Of a stretch of 64,000 nt of DNA, positions 1 to 9,043 are shown one piece after another. Each line of letters starts with the position of its first letter. Position 1 is the stretch's first letter. The position numbers and the translations under genes are program-made. The notes under the pieces were generated by a model that was given only the letters and a program-made list of their open reading frames with translations, made no database searches and was not told the DNA's origin. Where the stretch lies: IMG/VR virus record IMGVR_UViG_3300031132_000002; one strand, given 5' to 3'. This DNA is from a virus.

Positions 1-46
1 TACTCCTCGTGGCTTTGCTCGGGCTGTGTTTTTGGAGAACAGCTAG
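1..46 (+). CDS. C-terminal fragment of probable phage DNA cytosine methyltransferase (5' partial)
   Basis: Frame 2 reads TPRGFARAVFLENS*, resembling the RSxTPRGFARAVFxxN tail of small phage Dcm-like methyltransferases; only 14 aa visible. Confidence 0.45.
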   Translation, partial: TPRGFARAVFLENS

Positions 47-216
47 TGGAAGGTGAAATCTTTGAACTTATTGGGCAACTGCTTGCTTTCATCTTTGAGC
101 TTGTGATAGAGTGCCCAAACTTACTGGAAAGAAAGGTCTTTAAGTGGATCTTTGCAATTCTCGTACTAATGATCCTTGCAGGCGGTGGTTTCCTGCTTTA
201 CTTACACTGGAGGTGA
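46..216 (+). CDS. small membrane protein
   Basis: GTG-start 56-aa ORF read by eye, with hydrophobic segment WIFAILVLMILAGGGFLLYL. Confidence 0.5.
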   Translation: MEGEIFELIGQLLAFIFELVIECPNLLERKVFKWIFAILVLMILAGGGFLLYLHWR

Positions 217-219
217 GAT

Positions 220-396
220 ATGTGGGCTATTTATCATAAAGAGCAGGATGGGCTGGCTTGGCGTAACGACAGCACTCAATTTTTGATTTTCACTTCTAAG
301 GCTGAGGCTTGGTCTTGCCTCCTCAATGAGATAGGGCCGCAAGTTCAAGATATATATAATTATGATGTTATTCAGATAAGGTGGACTAAAGCATAA
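220..396 (+). CDS. hypothetical protein
   Basis: GGAGG SD then ATG; MWAIYHKEQDG...; stop overlaps next start. Confidence 0.55.
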   Translation: MWAIYHKEQDGLAWRNDSTQFLIFTSKAEAWSCLLNEIGPQVQDIYNYDVIQIRWTKA

Positions 397-530
397 TGAA
401 ACAATTAGAATTAACAGAAGAGTTGCTTGAGTATCTTCGTGACGATAGTCATAATGGTATGGAACGTGTACTAGCTTTCGAAGTACTACGTCTACGTAAA
501 TTACTAGAGGAGAAAGAAGATGTTCGGTAA
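396..530 (+). CDS. hypothetical protein
   Basis: TAATG overlap; MKQLELTEELLEYLRDDS... Confidence 0.5.
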   Translation: MKQLELTEELLEYLRDDSHNGMERVLAFEVLRLRKLLEEKEDVR

Positions 531-648
531 GGGCTGGGAAGGATTTTTTATGGTAATGTTCATTTTCGCTGGACTTGGTGCTATCGCCAGTATCATTGGT
601 ACTGTTTGGCTGATCTATGAAATGATCTTACATATTCATTGGTCTTAA
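520..648 (+). CDS. small membrane protein
   Basis: AGGAG SD; MFGKGWEGFFMVMFIFAGLGAIASIIGTVWLIY, single TM helix. Confidence 0.5.
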   Translation: MFGKGWEGFFMVMFIFAGLGAIASIIGTVWLIYEMILHIHWS

Positions 649-695
649 TGCTTGACTTTAAGGAGAGGGTTTGATACCTTCTCCTTTTCTCGTTT

Positions 696-1370
696 ATGGA
701 GGTAAGTATGGATAAGATTTCAAGAGCTTTTGTTGTTACTGCTCCCGATTATGAAGAAGGTGCAGTTGTTGTGTTTGCTACTCACGGTTTACAGGCTCGT
801 CGCCTGGGCGCATCTAAAATGGGTTTTTACTATGATGAAACGCAATACTACGCAAAGCGTGAGCCTAAGTTTGACAAATGGGCAGAGTTAGGTTTTGTTC
901 CAGAGAAGGAATTTATCAACGAGGGCTGGTATATCTATAGTGAGTTTTGGCAATACCGCTTAAACGAACCTGTAACCCGAGAGCAATATGAAGAGATTGA
1001 AGAGGATCACGCTGGCTATATGGATGGACTCTATGTGCCAGAAGATCTGGTTGAGAGTCCTAACAGAAGGCACATCTACTTCAATATGAGAGAAGTGGAG
1101 GAAGAAGCATATTATCTCGAAGGATTCCGTCAAGCTGGGGCTAAGTTTAAGCAGTACGTGATCGATAACTTCCCTGACTACCATATCCTCAAGTGGAACA
1201 TTGACTATCCGATGATCACGAAGACTGCTGAGTTTATCTTCCCTGGAAGTAAGTTTGGTGGCACTATTCGTTGGTCAGATCACGATAACCCTATTGAAGA
1301 AGTTGAGGTTTATGTTGCCTACGGCGATCAAGAAGCGTATGACAAATGGAGGAGTGAATGTCTGAAATGA
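696..1370 (+). CDS. hypothetical protein
   Basis: 224-aa ORF; likely start ATG 708 after GGAGG; TTGACT-N17-TACCTT promoter upstream at about 652-680. Confidence 0.75.
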   Translation: MEVSMDKISRAFVVTAPDYEEGAVVVFATHGLQARRLGASKMGFYYDETQYYAKREPKFDKWAELGFVPEKEFINEGWYIYSEFWQYRLNEPVTREQYEEIEEDHAGYMDGLYVPEDLVESPNRRHIYFNMREVEEEAYYLEGFRQAGAKFKQYVIDNFPDYHILKWNIDYPMITKTAEFIFPGSKFGGTIRWSDHDNPIEEVEVYVAYGDQEAYDKWRSECLK

Positions 1371-1636
1371 AAACAAAATCTGAGATGTTTCGGTTACAAA
1401 AACTGCATCACGATTCTGGCCCTGCAACCTATATGGTGCAGAAGCGTAGGTTTGGGCTAAGTGCTCTTGCAGATATCATCACATACTTCACTGTATGGGT
1501 GGATGTTGTTGAAGTTTGCACTGAAACCGAAGCAAGACGTATCATTGCAATGAAATACTACACTTACCGTCAAGAATTTAGCGGTCGTGTTGTGAAAAAA
1601 GAAACTATTAATTTGGAGGAAAAGAAAGATGCCTAG
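1358..1636 (+). CDS. hypothetical protein
   Basis: ORF overlapping both neighbours, SD present. Confidence 0.65.
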   Translation: MSEMKTKSEMFRLQKLHHDSGPATYMVQKRRFGLSALADIITYFTVWVDVVEVCTETEARRIIAMKYYTYRQEFSGRVVKKETINLEEKKDA

Positions 1637-2384
1637 ACGTATTATTGTTATTTCAGGAGCGGGTATTAGTGTTGAAAGCGGTGTACGTGCCTTCCGTACA
1701 GATTCGGAAAGCGGAGTTGCTATGTGGGACGAATACTCTGTTGACCAAGTATGCAACATTCAAGCCTTTAACTTGGGCTTCTATGGTAAGACACACGATT
1801 TCTACAATAAGCGTAGACAAGAACTGGAAACAGTCGAACCAAACCTAGCGCATCTGCGCGTTGCTGAATGGTATCAACGCTATCCTGGTCAGGTTGTGAA
1901 TGTGACAACTAACGTAGATGACTTGCTAGAACGTGCTGGAATCCCTCATAAAGATGTTTTGCACCTCCACGGATATCTTCCAGAAGTTATTGTGCAACAA
2001 GAAGAGGGTGATAATAAGATAGTCAAGGATGTAGGGTACTCAGCTATCGACCCAGATGAATATCATTGGGCAAAACCTAACGTTATCTTCTTTGGTGAGT
2101 ATGCTCCGGCATACATTGAGCAGAATACAATTATGAGCAGCCTCACTACTCAGGATCTGGTCATTGTTGTTGGTTGTTCTGGTGTTGTTATCGATTTTGT
2201 TGATGAGCTTGTTCATTGGGAGAAATATGGCGGCTACAAGACTTGGGTTGTCAATCCTAAGCCCAATGCTCTTGAAGTTAAGTATGCAGATGAAGGTAAG
2301 ATAACCCTGTGGATTGCAGGTGCTGTGGAGACGTTTGGTAATCCCCATTTCATCCGGCAGGTAGAGAAACACTTAGAAGGATAA
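1629..2384 (+). CDS. Sir2/CobB-family NAD-dependent deacylase
   Basis: GAGISVESG..FR, TTNVDDLLERAG, LHLHG, KPNVIFFGE, VVGCSG, VNP motifs. Confidence 0.93.
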   Translation: MPRRIIVISGAGISVESGVRAFRTDSESGVAMWDEYSVDQVCNIQAFNLGFYGKTHDFYNKRRQELETVEPNLAHLRVAEWYQRYPGQVVNVTTNVDDLLERAGIPHKDVLHLHGYLPEVIVQQEEGDNKIVKDVGYSAIDPDEYHWAKPNVIFFGEYAPAYIEQNTIMSSLTTQDLVIVVGCSGVVIDFVDELVHWEKYGGYKTWVVNPKPNALEVKYADEGKITLWIAGAVETFGNPHFIRQVEKHLEG

Positions 2385-2389
2385 TACAA

Positions 2390-2412
2390 GGGAGCCGAAA
2401 GGCTCCTTTTTT
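2390..2412 (+). terminator. rho-independent terminator
   Basis: GGAGCC-GAAA-GGCTCC followed by T-tract, after Sir2 gene. Confidence 0.85.
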
Positions 2413-2511
2413 ATTGCCTACGATTCACAGGAGCTATTCTAAGAGGATTTATAGGGGTAAGGCGAGGAAATGTATTGGGAAGGGTTTATAGGCTCTTAGA
2501 ATGGCTTACAT

Positions 2512-2536
2512 AAAGGAAAGGAGCCTTTCGGCTCCC
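2512..2536 (-). terminator. rho-independent terminator of the leftward block
   Basis: Reverse complement of the same GGAGCC-GAAA-GGCTCC hairpin followed by TTTCCTTT. Confidence 0.75.
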
Positions 2537-2637
2537 TGTTGTTAAGTCCTTTTCCACCATTCCCACAAACAAATGATGATAATGATAAAGATTAGAACAT
2601 TTCCTACACCGAACAAATGAAACGACATACCTACCTC

Positions 2638-2877
2638 CTAAAATTTAAACAGTTCTTCAATCTCTTCTTTAGAGTTCAACAGTTCATCCTGAATCTTAGG
2701 GATATCTATTCTATGAATCTCTGTGTAACCCTCAAGCCCACTCGTTTGAATAAAATGAGAAGCAAGGGTACTTGTCGGGAACCAAGTAGGAATACCGTGC
2801 TCATCAATCACCATAAAAACTATATCACGCATACACACCTCCATTAGATCCCCAATAACGCTCAATCGTATCCTCAT
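2638..2877 (-). CDS. hypothetical protein (start probably internal)
   Basis: ORF in leftward operon; GGAGG before MRDIVF. Confidence 0.55.
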   Translation of the reverse strand: MRIRLSVIGDLMEVCMRDIVFMVIDEHGIPTWFPTSTLASHFIQTSGLEGYTEIHRIDIPKIQDELLNSKEEIEELFKF

Positions 2878-3085
2878 CTTCTGGTGTAACTCGACTCAGG
2901 TTTTCTTCGTGCAGGTATACTTCTTTGTAACCATCAACAGGGCAATCGTAGATGCAAAACCATACAGGGTTTTCATCGATGCGGTGCTGGACGTGAACTG
3001 TAGCTCCCATTGGGTACTCAGCATCTAGCCCAAACACAATTGCAACACAACCACCAAACACACAATCACCACTAACTGCTCTCAT
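2825..3085 (-). CDS. hypothetical protein
   Basis: ORF with AGGAGG SD. Confidence 0.65.
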   Translation of the reverse strand: MRAVSGDCVFGGCVAIVFGLDAEYPMGATVHVQHRIDENPVWFCIYDCPVDGYKEVYLHEENLSRVTPEDEDTIERYWGSNGGVYA

Positions 3086-3140
3086 ATTTCCTCCTAATGT
3101 AAAAAAGCCTACCGAAGTAGGCTATCAAATATTTTGCTAA

Positions 3141-3338
3141 TTAGCAACCACTATCTTCCCAATACTCTTCTGAGGACTCCCACCAATCTTCGGGGTCTTC
3201 TTCCACAGCAGGACGAGGAACGTTTACGACAACTTCAACACCACCTTCCAAGACAAAAGTATTTCGTCCTTCTGTCAGGTCAGGAGTGATTGAGTTGATA
3301 GCATCCTGGACAATCTTGCGGTTTTTACTAGTAGACAT
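3141..3338 (-). CDS. hypothetical protein, acidic WxxSxxxWxxSxC tail
   Basis: ORF coupled to upstream gene; followed by hairpin terminator at about 3100-3123. Confidence 0.65.
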   Translation of the reverse strand: MSTSKNRKIVQDAINSITPDLTEGRNTFVLEGGVEVVVNVPRPAVEEDPEDWWESSEEYWEDSGC

Positions 3339-3880
3339 TAATTACCTCCAATAATATTGATAATATGTTCTGGTAGCTCCTTTGTGGATAAACCAGAGTG
3401 GGTTAAGTTGTGATATGGTACACCAAGTTCTTCAAGAACGTCAATGAAAATTTTATCTAATTGCTTAGCTTCTTCTTCGGTTTGACTTCTACCGTAACCC
3501 TCATACTTTGCTTTACGCGGTAACATAATAACTGTGTTATCATACTCCCTGAAAAGTTGGAGAATCAGATTATCCAACACACTCGGTGTATTGTAGAAAC
3601 GATTGTACACGATACCATTAAGAAGACAAGCATCACTGATAACGAAATCAACTTTACCGATAAGACGATGTAGGGCGTGATTTTGAGTTGCGGTGAGAAG
3701 CAACTGATCTTGTAACATACCTTTGTTCTCATCGTATACGGCATCTTTAATAACCTCTGTTACCAACTCCACCTTGTAGGTCTGATCCAACTTCATATGA
3801 TGGAAGATACCAGCGGCTGTTGTTGACTTACCAGCACCTGGGCCTGCTACAAGAGATATTACTTTAGTTTGCTTCGTCAT
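3338..3880 (-). CDS. P-loop kinase/ATPase, NadR/Ttd14 (AAA_28)-like
   Basis: Walker A GPGAGKST; ELVTEVIKD; VISD; RSQTEEEA lid motif. Confidence 0.75.
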   Translation of the reverse strand: MTKQTKVISLVAGPGAGKSTTAAGIFHHMKLDQTYKVELVTEVIKDAVYDENKGMLQDQLLLTATQNHALHRLIGKVDFVISDACLLNGIVYNRFYNTPSVLDNLILQLFREYDNTVIMLPRKAKYEGYGRSQTEEEAKQLDKIFIDVLEELGVPYHNLTHSGLSTKELPEHIINIIGGN

Positions 3881-4328
3881 TTGGCACCACCTTAAATGTA
3901 ACCGTAATACTAATGTTATTATCTCTTACTGCTGCAACAATCGGATACCCGCCTGGCACAGCCCAGAAGATGATCTTTTGCATATCCTTAGGAGTACCAC
4001 TCTCGTGAAGATATTTAACTTCACTGTGTATTTGATTGTAAATCAGAGTTAAGGCTCTATCGAACAACGTGTATTCTTGGGGCATAAGCCCCTGAGCAAT
4101 AAATCCAAGGTCTCGAATATCCTGCTTATCTAACTCTGCATCAAACGTGTACTGAGTTAGCTGTACTGGTTCTTTGCCCAGAACAGGAACACTACTCGTA
4201 GATGAGAACTCAATCGGCAGGAAATGAGGAAGTCGATCATACAATAGTTTGCTCAACGCTGAACCATAATCAGAAAACTGCAAACGGTCAATGTTGAATC
4301 TTTTAGTTCGCTCTTTGTAACTAATCAT
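3864..4328 (-). CDS. hypothetical protein
   Basis: ORF; start reassigned to MISYKER, adjacent to upstream stop. Confidence 0.65.
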   Translation of the reverse strand: MISYKERTKRFNIDRLQFSDYGSALSKLLYDRLPHFLPIEFSSTSSVPVLGKEPVQLTQYTFDAELDKQDIRDLGFIAQGLMPQEYTLFDRALTLIYNQIHSEVKYLHESGTPKDMQKIIFWAVPGGYPIVAAVRDNNISITVTFKVVPNDEAN

Positions 4329-4329
4329 A

Positions 4330-4758
4330 TTAGCACTCCATAGAGCTTGAACACCAAGCGTAAGTCCCTTGGATATAATCGCAACAAGCGTCATTGCCGT
4401 TATACACTACCCCGTTAGACAGAATCAGGTTGTTTAGATCCAAGCCTTCAATACCTTTCAGAGCTTTTTTAATGCGTTTGTGAAGGTCTTCTCCTTCTTT
4501 GATAGCCGACTCGCTACGCAAAACACGATCATCCATCATTGAATCATAATCTTCAATATCGCCATACTCACTAAGGTATGCGCTCTCTTCTGGGTATTGT
4601 TCAATATGCTCTAAGATTGCCTCTGGGTCTAACCGCCAATTACGCAGAATGCTACTCGGGTCATTTTCATCAAGGCGCGTCTTAGTAACAGAGTCGTAGA
4701 CACAGATAAAAGCCTCATCACCCCAACGGTCAATAAATACTTCACCTAACTTAGACAT
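4330..4758 (-). CDS. hypothetical protein
   Basis: ORF with GGAGGAG SD. Confidence 0.7.
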   Translation of the reverse strand: MSKLGEVFIDRWGDEAFICVYDSVTKTRLDENDPSSILRNWRLDPEAILEHIEQYPEESAYLSEYGDIEDYDSMMDDRVLRSESAIKEGEDLHKRIKKALKGIEGLDLNNLILSNGVVYNGNDACCDYIQGTYAWCSSSMEC

Positions 4759-4759
4759 T

Positions 4760-5041
4760 TTACTCCTCCACTAAAGTAAGTTTAAACAGACTTTTGAAAA
4801 TGGGTTCTTCACTACCATCGTAAAGTTCCATAACACTTGTCTGACCCCAAATACCCAGATCAATCTGACCGCCTGCGGCTTTTACTTCTGCCTCTTTTTG
4901 ATACAATTCCTGTGGGAAGATACCTGGCTTAAGTTTAACATCGTAGAAGTACAGATCGCTTGTATCCATTTCATCCCAACCTTCCCAAGATTCTACGAAA
5001 CTAGCTTCAATACCATCTTCTGCAATTTTATGTTCTGACAT
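4760..5041 (-). CDS. hypothetical protein
   Basis: ORF with GAGGAG SD. Confidence 0.7.
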   Translation of the reverse strand: MSEHKIAEDGIEASFVESWEGWDEMDTSDLYFYDVKLKPGIFPQELYQKEAEVKAAGGQIDLGIWGQTSVMELYDGSEEPIFKSLFKLTLVEE

Positions 5042-5076
5042 TATTTATTCTCCTCTTAAAAGCCCCGAAGGGCTGG

Positions 5077-5796
5077 TTACATAACAGATTTAAGGAAAGC
5101 AAAAATCTCTTTCTTAGTTTTACCACGAATATTCAAGCACGGTACGCCATATTTCTTAGCTAGCATCCAAGCTGTTCGTGTTCCACCTTGTACATTACCA
5201 TCTTTATCTTCCTTACTGCAAGCTAAAAGAAAACGAGATGGAACTGGATTCTCTAGGCTCCTGCCTAACACTTGGTGACAGTTTCTTTGATGGAGCTTTA
5301 AACCCCCTGGAGAAAGTCTATCTGCGGCTGGATGGATTTCTCTGACCAACTTTAGAGAGATGCCGAAATCTACTGTCGAAGGTTTTCCAAGAGGGATTGT
5401 TTCTCCTTCCAACTCATTACCGTTGAACTTCTCCCACGGAGTGTAGATCTCTTTCATAGAAAGATCCCCTGCCAAGTTTACTCCACTCTCAAATGCGCTA
5501 TCACTTCCAAGAGCTTTACCGCTACGAAGAACATATCCTTGACCTGCTAACCATTTTGCAACGGCTTCCATCAAGTCGAATTCTTCATCACTTACATCCC
5601 GACTACCAACGCCAGTATAGGCTAGTAGATTACTTGGGCCTTCTTTGGACTGCTTTTCTTGGGAGTCGTTAAACTCCCGACTTAAACGGACAACCTCAGA
5701 AACAGCTTCATCGAAAGACAAGCTATTATTCTCAGCATATTTGTAGAGTAAGTGGTAGAGTTCTCTGATTTCTTCTGGTAGTTCACCAACTAACAC
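5077..5796 (-). CDS. SLOG/DprA-like nucleotide-binding protein
   Basis: YTGVGSR, LRSGKALGSDSAFE, RNCHQVLG, GGTRTAW motifs. Confidence 0.75.
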   Translation of the reverse strand: MLVGELPEEIRELYHLLYKYAENNSLSFDEAVSEVVRLSREFNDSQEKQSKEGPSNLLAYTGVGSRDVSDEEFDLMEAVAKWLAGQGYVLRSGKALGSDSAFESGVNLAGDLSMKEIYTPWEKFNGNELEGETIPLGKPSTVDFGISLKLVREIHPAADRLSPGGLKLHQRNCHQVLGRSLENPVPSRFLLACSKEDKDGNVQGGTRTAWMLAKKYGVPCLNIRGKTKKEIFAFLKSVM

Positions 5797-5806
5797 AAAT
5801 CCCTCC

Positions 5807-6028
5807 TTAGCAGGTAACAGTGAATGGTGCAGTAGGCAGTTTGTACTCCTCTGCTAAACGAACCATCTGCAACCAATCTGGATCAACATTACGGTTAGGA
5901 ACATCACTATCCACCGAAATAACATCGTTATGACGCAGAATAGCCAGTACCATATCTTTACTGTCTGTTTCTACTTCGACGGTAGTCTGAACTTCACCTA
6001 CTTTCTTAATTACTTTTAGTTTGAACAT
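5807..6028 (-). CDS. hypothetical protein
   Basis: ORF with SD. Confidence 0.6.
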   Translation of the reverse strand: MFKLKVIKKVGEVQTTVEVETDSKDMVLAILRHNDVISVDSDVPNRNVDPDWLQMVRLAEEYKLPTAPFTVTC

Positions 6029-6197
6029 TTCTGTATTTATCTCCTTCTACCGTTAATACGTGAGAATAGCACGAGCTACAATGATATTCATAGCTCGGAG
6101 GAGCACTTAGCTTAGCCAAGCATTGCTTGAAGTCAACCAAGCCTCCGCATTTTTGACAGTACTTATCCTCTTCTAGAATATTAGCGCCTATATTCAT
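6006..6197 (-). CDS. small zinc-ribbon protein
   Basis: CQKC...PPSYEYHCSSC. Confidence 0.65.
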   Translation of the reverse strand: MNIGANILEEDKYCQKCGGLVDFKQCLAKLSAPPSYEYHCSSCYSHVLTVEGDKYRNVQTKSN

Positions 6198-6952
6198 AGG
6201 TTCTCCATCTTAGTATCATAATACCAGATCTCTCCGTCCGGTTCGATAACCGCTACGGTTAGTTTTCCAGTGAAGATACCCCCTGTATCAATATATGCCC
6301 GATTACCGTGAATCACAGGATCTTTCACACCTGTATGTCCGTGGAAGATCATCTCTACTCCCAGAACATCAGGAAGAACATACCCTTTCTCAATTCCACC
6401 AATAATGGTGCGGTTCCAACAGAGCATTTCACCAATCTCTGCCTTAGCCTGCTCAAACTGATCAGGGTAGTTGTCCTTTAGTACTTGTTCCAATGCCAGT
6501 GGCGGGACAGATTCCAACTCCAGTGGGTACTCCGCGTGTGTAAAGGCATACATTCTGCCATTCACCTGCATATTAATTAGGTAGTAAGACTTATCTTCTA
6601 GCATAACTGCCAGACAAGTGCTTCCTTCCTCTCCCACTTCTTCCAGAACAGTTTTTCCACCATTCTGTAACCACCCAAGATAATTTCTCTGATCGCCTTC
6701 CAGCAAACCTTTGATCATCATATCATCGTGGTTTCCACGAACGACGAAAGAGTTTTTGGTGTTTGCGGCGTATTCAACGCACTTAAAGTTCTGCGTACCA
6801 CGATCTGTAAGGTCTCCGACAAACACTTTAATATCTTCGTCATTGATTCCTAAATCGTGAATTGCTTTTTGCACCAAATGCCAGGCACCGTGTACATCTC
6901 CAAAAACCAGAACACGTTTATCTTCGCCAGCTTGTACATTGAGTTGAAACAT
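6194..6952 (-). CDS. Ser/Thr protein phosphatase (lambda NinI/PphA-like metallophosphoesterase)
   Basis: GDVHG, VGDLTDRG, RGNHD, HGHT, IDTG. Confidence 0.92.
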   Translation of the reverse strand: MFQLNVQAGEDKRVLVFGDVHGAWHLVQKAIHDLGINDEDIKVFVGDLTDRGTQNFKCVEYAANTKNSFVVRGNHDDMMIKGLLEGDQRNYLGWLQNGGKTVLEEVGEEGSTCLAVMLEDKSYYLINMQVNGRMYAFTHAEYPLELESVPPLALEQVLKDNYPDQFEQAKAEIGEMLCWNRTIIGGIEKGYVLPDVLGVEMIFHGHTGVKDPVIHGNRAYIDTGGIFTGKLTVAVIEPDGEIWYYDTKMENL

Positions 6953-6965
6953 TTCCTACCTCCGT

Positions 6966-7553
6966 TTAACTAGTTGCCACCTCTACAGCATAAGACAATA
7001 GAGGCTCTCTTGCAAGGGTTCCTACCGTAATGGTGCATCCATTAGGAGTATCAAAGCAAATTACATTTCCAACCTTAATAAGGTTTACCCACACTTCAAC
7101 GCCTTCCCCTTCTTTCTCCGAGATAACGAAGTCGAGGTGTTTACTAGCAACACCGAGGGATAGGATAAAAGCCTTAACTTCGCTTACGATCTGAGGCAGT
7201 GTATTATGCCCTATATCAATAAGTTCTACACTAACCTCTGTAGAGTAGCACGTCATTCCTTCTACGTCTAGGTTTCTACCAGGTAAAATGCTAAAATAGC
7301 TTCCTGTCTTCGGCAGACGATTCATTTTGGACTGATTGATCAGTGCCTGCTTATGGGTAGTTACATAGAATGTATTCTCTGTTACGTTGTCCACATTGTT
7401 CCTGCGTACATACAGGTGCGATATGTGCTTCTGATATACACTATCAAAATCTACACACATTGGCAATGTAATTGGACTACGATTCTTTGAAGCCTGTACG
7501 ATAGCTTTTGTCAGTATTTCGGAACTGACATAACCACTTGCACTTAAGAGCAT
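6966..7553 (-). CDS. degenerate class II aminoacyl-tRNA-synthetase-like core protein (tentative)
   Basis: Motif order resembles the phage stand-alone class II aaRS-like family: V..hQ, G.YFSILPGR, VELI, EVWVNLIKVG, GTLAREPLLSYA. Confidence 0.45.
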   Translation of the reverse strand: MLLSASGYVSSEILTKAIVQASKNRSPITLPMCVDFDSVYQKHISHLYVRRNNVDNVTENTFYVTTHKQALINQSKMNRLPKTGSYFSILPGRNLDVEGMTCYSTEVSVELIDIGHNTLPQIVSEVKAFILSLGVASKHLDFVISEKEGEGVEVWVNLIKVGNVICFDTPNGCTITVGTLAREPLLSYAVEVATS

Positions 7554-7563
7554 TTATTACCCC

Positions 7564-7761
7564 TTATGAGGTGATAACACTGGTCTCTTCTTCTTTGGGT
7601 ACAACTTCACCGTCCACTGTGGAGCGTAGTGCGGCATATACAACCTTGTATTCAGAGCCTGTACTATCGAGTAAGATACGATCCACGTCCAAGAACTGCA
7701 TAAACGCTAAGGCTTTTGCTTTGGATGTGAAAGTTTGAACTATTTCTAGTTGTTGCTGCAT
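7564..7761 (-). CDS. hypothetical protein
   Basis: ORF with GGAGG SD. Confidence 0.6.
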   Translation of the reverse strand: MQQQLEIVQTFTSKAKALAFMQFLDVDRILLDSTGSEYKVVYAALRSTVDGEVVPKEEETSVITS

Positions 7762-7804
7762 TATTCCCTCCTAAAAAGCCCTCCCGAGAGAGGGCAAATA
7801 TCAC

Positions 7805-7996
7805 TTAGGTTGTTACAGGAGTATCCATCAGGGAGACGAATACTTTATCCTGAGAAACAGGTACACCGAACGCGGAAGCTAGTACTTTGCTGCCTTGAAC
7901 TTTTGCATCTGCTTCTGTTGTGCTCACAATACCTGCACCGATAGTGCTCTTTTGTGTAGCGCTGTAACCTACTAGGTAGTTCTGATATGAAGCCAT
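7805..7996 (-). CDS. hypothetical protein
   Basis: ORF with AAGGA SD; hairpin terminator downstream at about 7773-7795. Confidence 0.6.
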   Translation of the reverse strand: MASYQNYLVGYSATQKSTIGAGIVSTTEADAKVQGSKVLASAFGVPVSQDKVFVSLMDTPVTT

Positions 7997-8009
7997 TGTA
8001 TTTCCTTAA

Positions 8010-8531
8010 TTATACGACATATATCGATTTTTCCAATCCTAATCTTTTCTTCGGATCGTAGACAAACCAAGCGTAAGCTGTGCCATCTGTTTTTCCGTCT
8101 CCTGAGAAGGATGGACGTTTGCTGAGGACGATCAAATGATCCACCGGATATTTCTGATGGAACTCTTTACGTCTCACAGATTCTAAGAAGCCGAGTCTCA
8201 GGAGATAAATGCAAACATCTGCCTCTCCAATACTCTTCTCCAAGAATTCCATAGCTATTGAAAATGGAGGGTTAGTGATTATACAGTCTGGTCTTTCATT
8301 CCATTGCGACAGTAGATAATCTTTTCCTTCCGATAGCTCACAATACTCACTCCCGAAGGGTAAGTAACTGTAGATTGCCTTTGCTTCTCCACGACACGGT
8401 TCTGCAAATCGCCAATCCCTTACAATATCCTTATATCCAATAACTTCTAAGAGCGGCTGAATAGCCGATTCAGGAGTAGGATAATAATCGTTAACATTCC
8501 TTTCGGATTTCTTCTTTAAAGCTGCGGGCAT
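8010..8531 (-). CDS. DNA amino (N6-adenine) methyltransferase
   Basis: DYYPTP, AEPCRG (motif I), IITNPPF (motif IV). Confidence 0.85.
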   Translation of the reverse strand: MPAALKKKSERNVNDYYPTPESAIQPLLEVIGYKDIVRDWRFAEPCRGEAKAIYSYLPFGSEYCELSEGKDYLLSQWNERPDCIITNPPFSIAMEFLEKSIGEADVCIYLLRLGFLESVRRKEFHQKYPVDHLIVLSKRPSFSGDGKTDGTAYAWFVYDPKKRLGLEKSIYVV

Positions 8532-8941
8532 TCTACACCCTTACCTTCATAGGTTTCTTCATTGAAGTCACCGAGGAATCTAATGAGAGTAACACATCTT
8601 TCATCAATGTCAATGGATTCCTTGTCACCAAACTTAGCCAGCAGAGCTTCGAACATATCCTTACCTTGCATCGTTTGATCGTGGAAGTCCATCAAATTAT
8701 AGTTTACCACGGAAATCTTCTCCATTGCAAGAAGAGTATCTAGGATCTCTGTCTTTTTAGGATTATTCAATAAAGCCTCACCGAAAACGTTTGTATAGTT
8801 GTCGTAGAAGCCTCCGAAAATACCTTTGCCAGGCACCCAATACATTTTACTTGCCATAGCCTGCTTAAGATTGCGGCTTAGCTTAACCGTCTGTTCGAAG
8901 GAGAATAACTTCTCCTCCACCTCAGTTTTTGTGATTAACAT
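8516..8941 (-). CDS. hypothetical protein
   Basis: ORF with AAGGAG SD. Confidence 0.7.
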   Translation of the reverse strand: MLITKTEVEEKLFSFEQTVKLSRNLKQAMASKMYWVPGKGIFGGFYDNYTNVFGEALLNNPKKTEILDTLLAMEKISVVNYNLMDFHDQTMQGKDMFEALLAKFGDKESIDIDERCVTLIRFLGDFNEETYEGKGVECPQL

Positions 8942-9043
8942 AGCACTCCTTAGAATGGTAGGTATTTGTGCTCAGCGAAGCCTAAGTTATAGCCCTCACT
9001 GAATCCTTTCTTGTACGCCTCTTTCTCAATGTCTGCCATAAGT

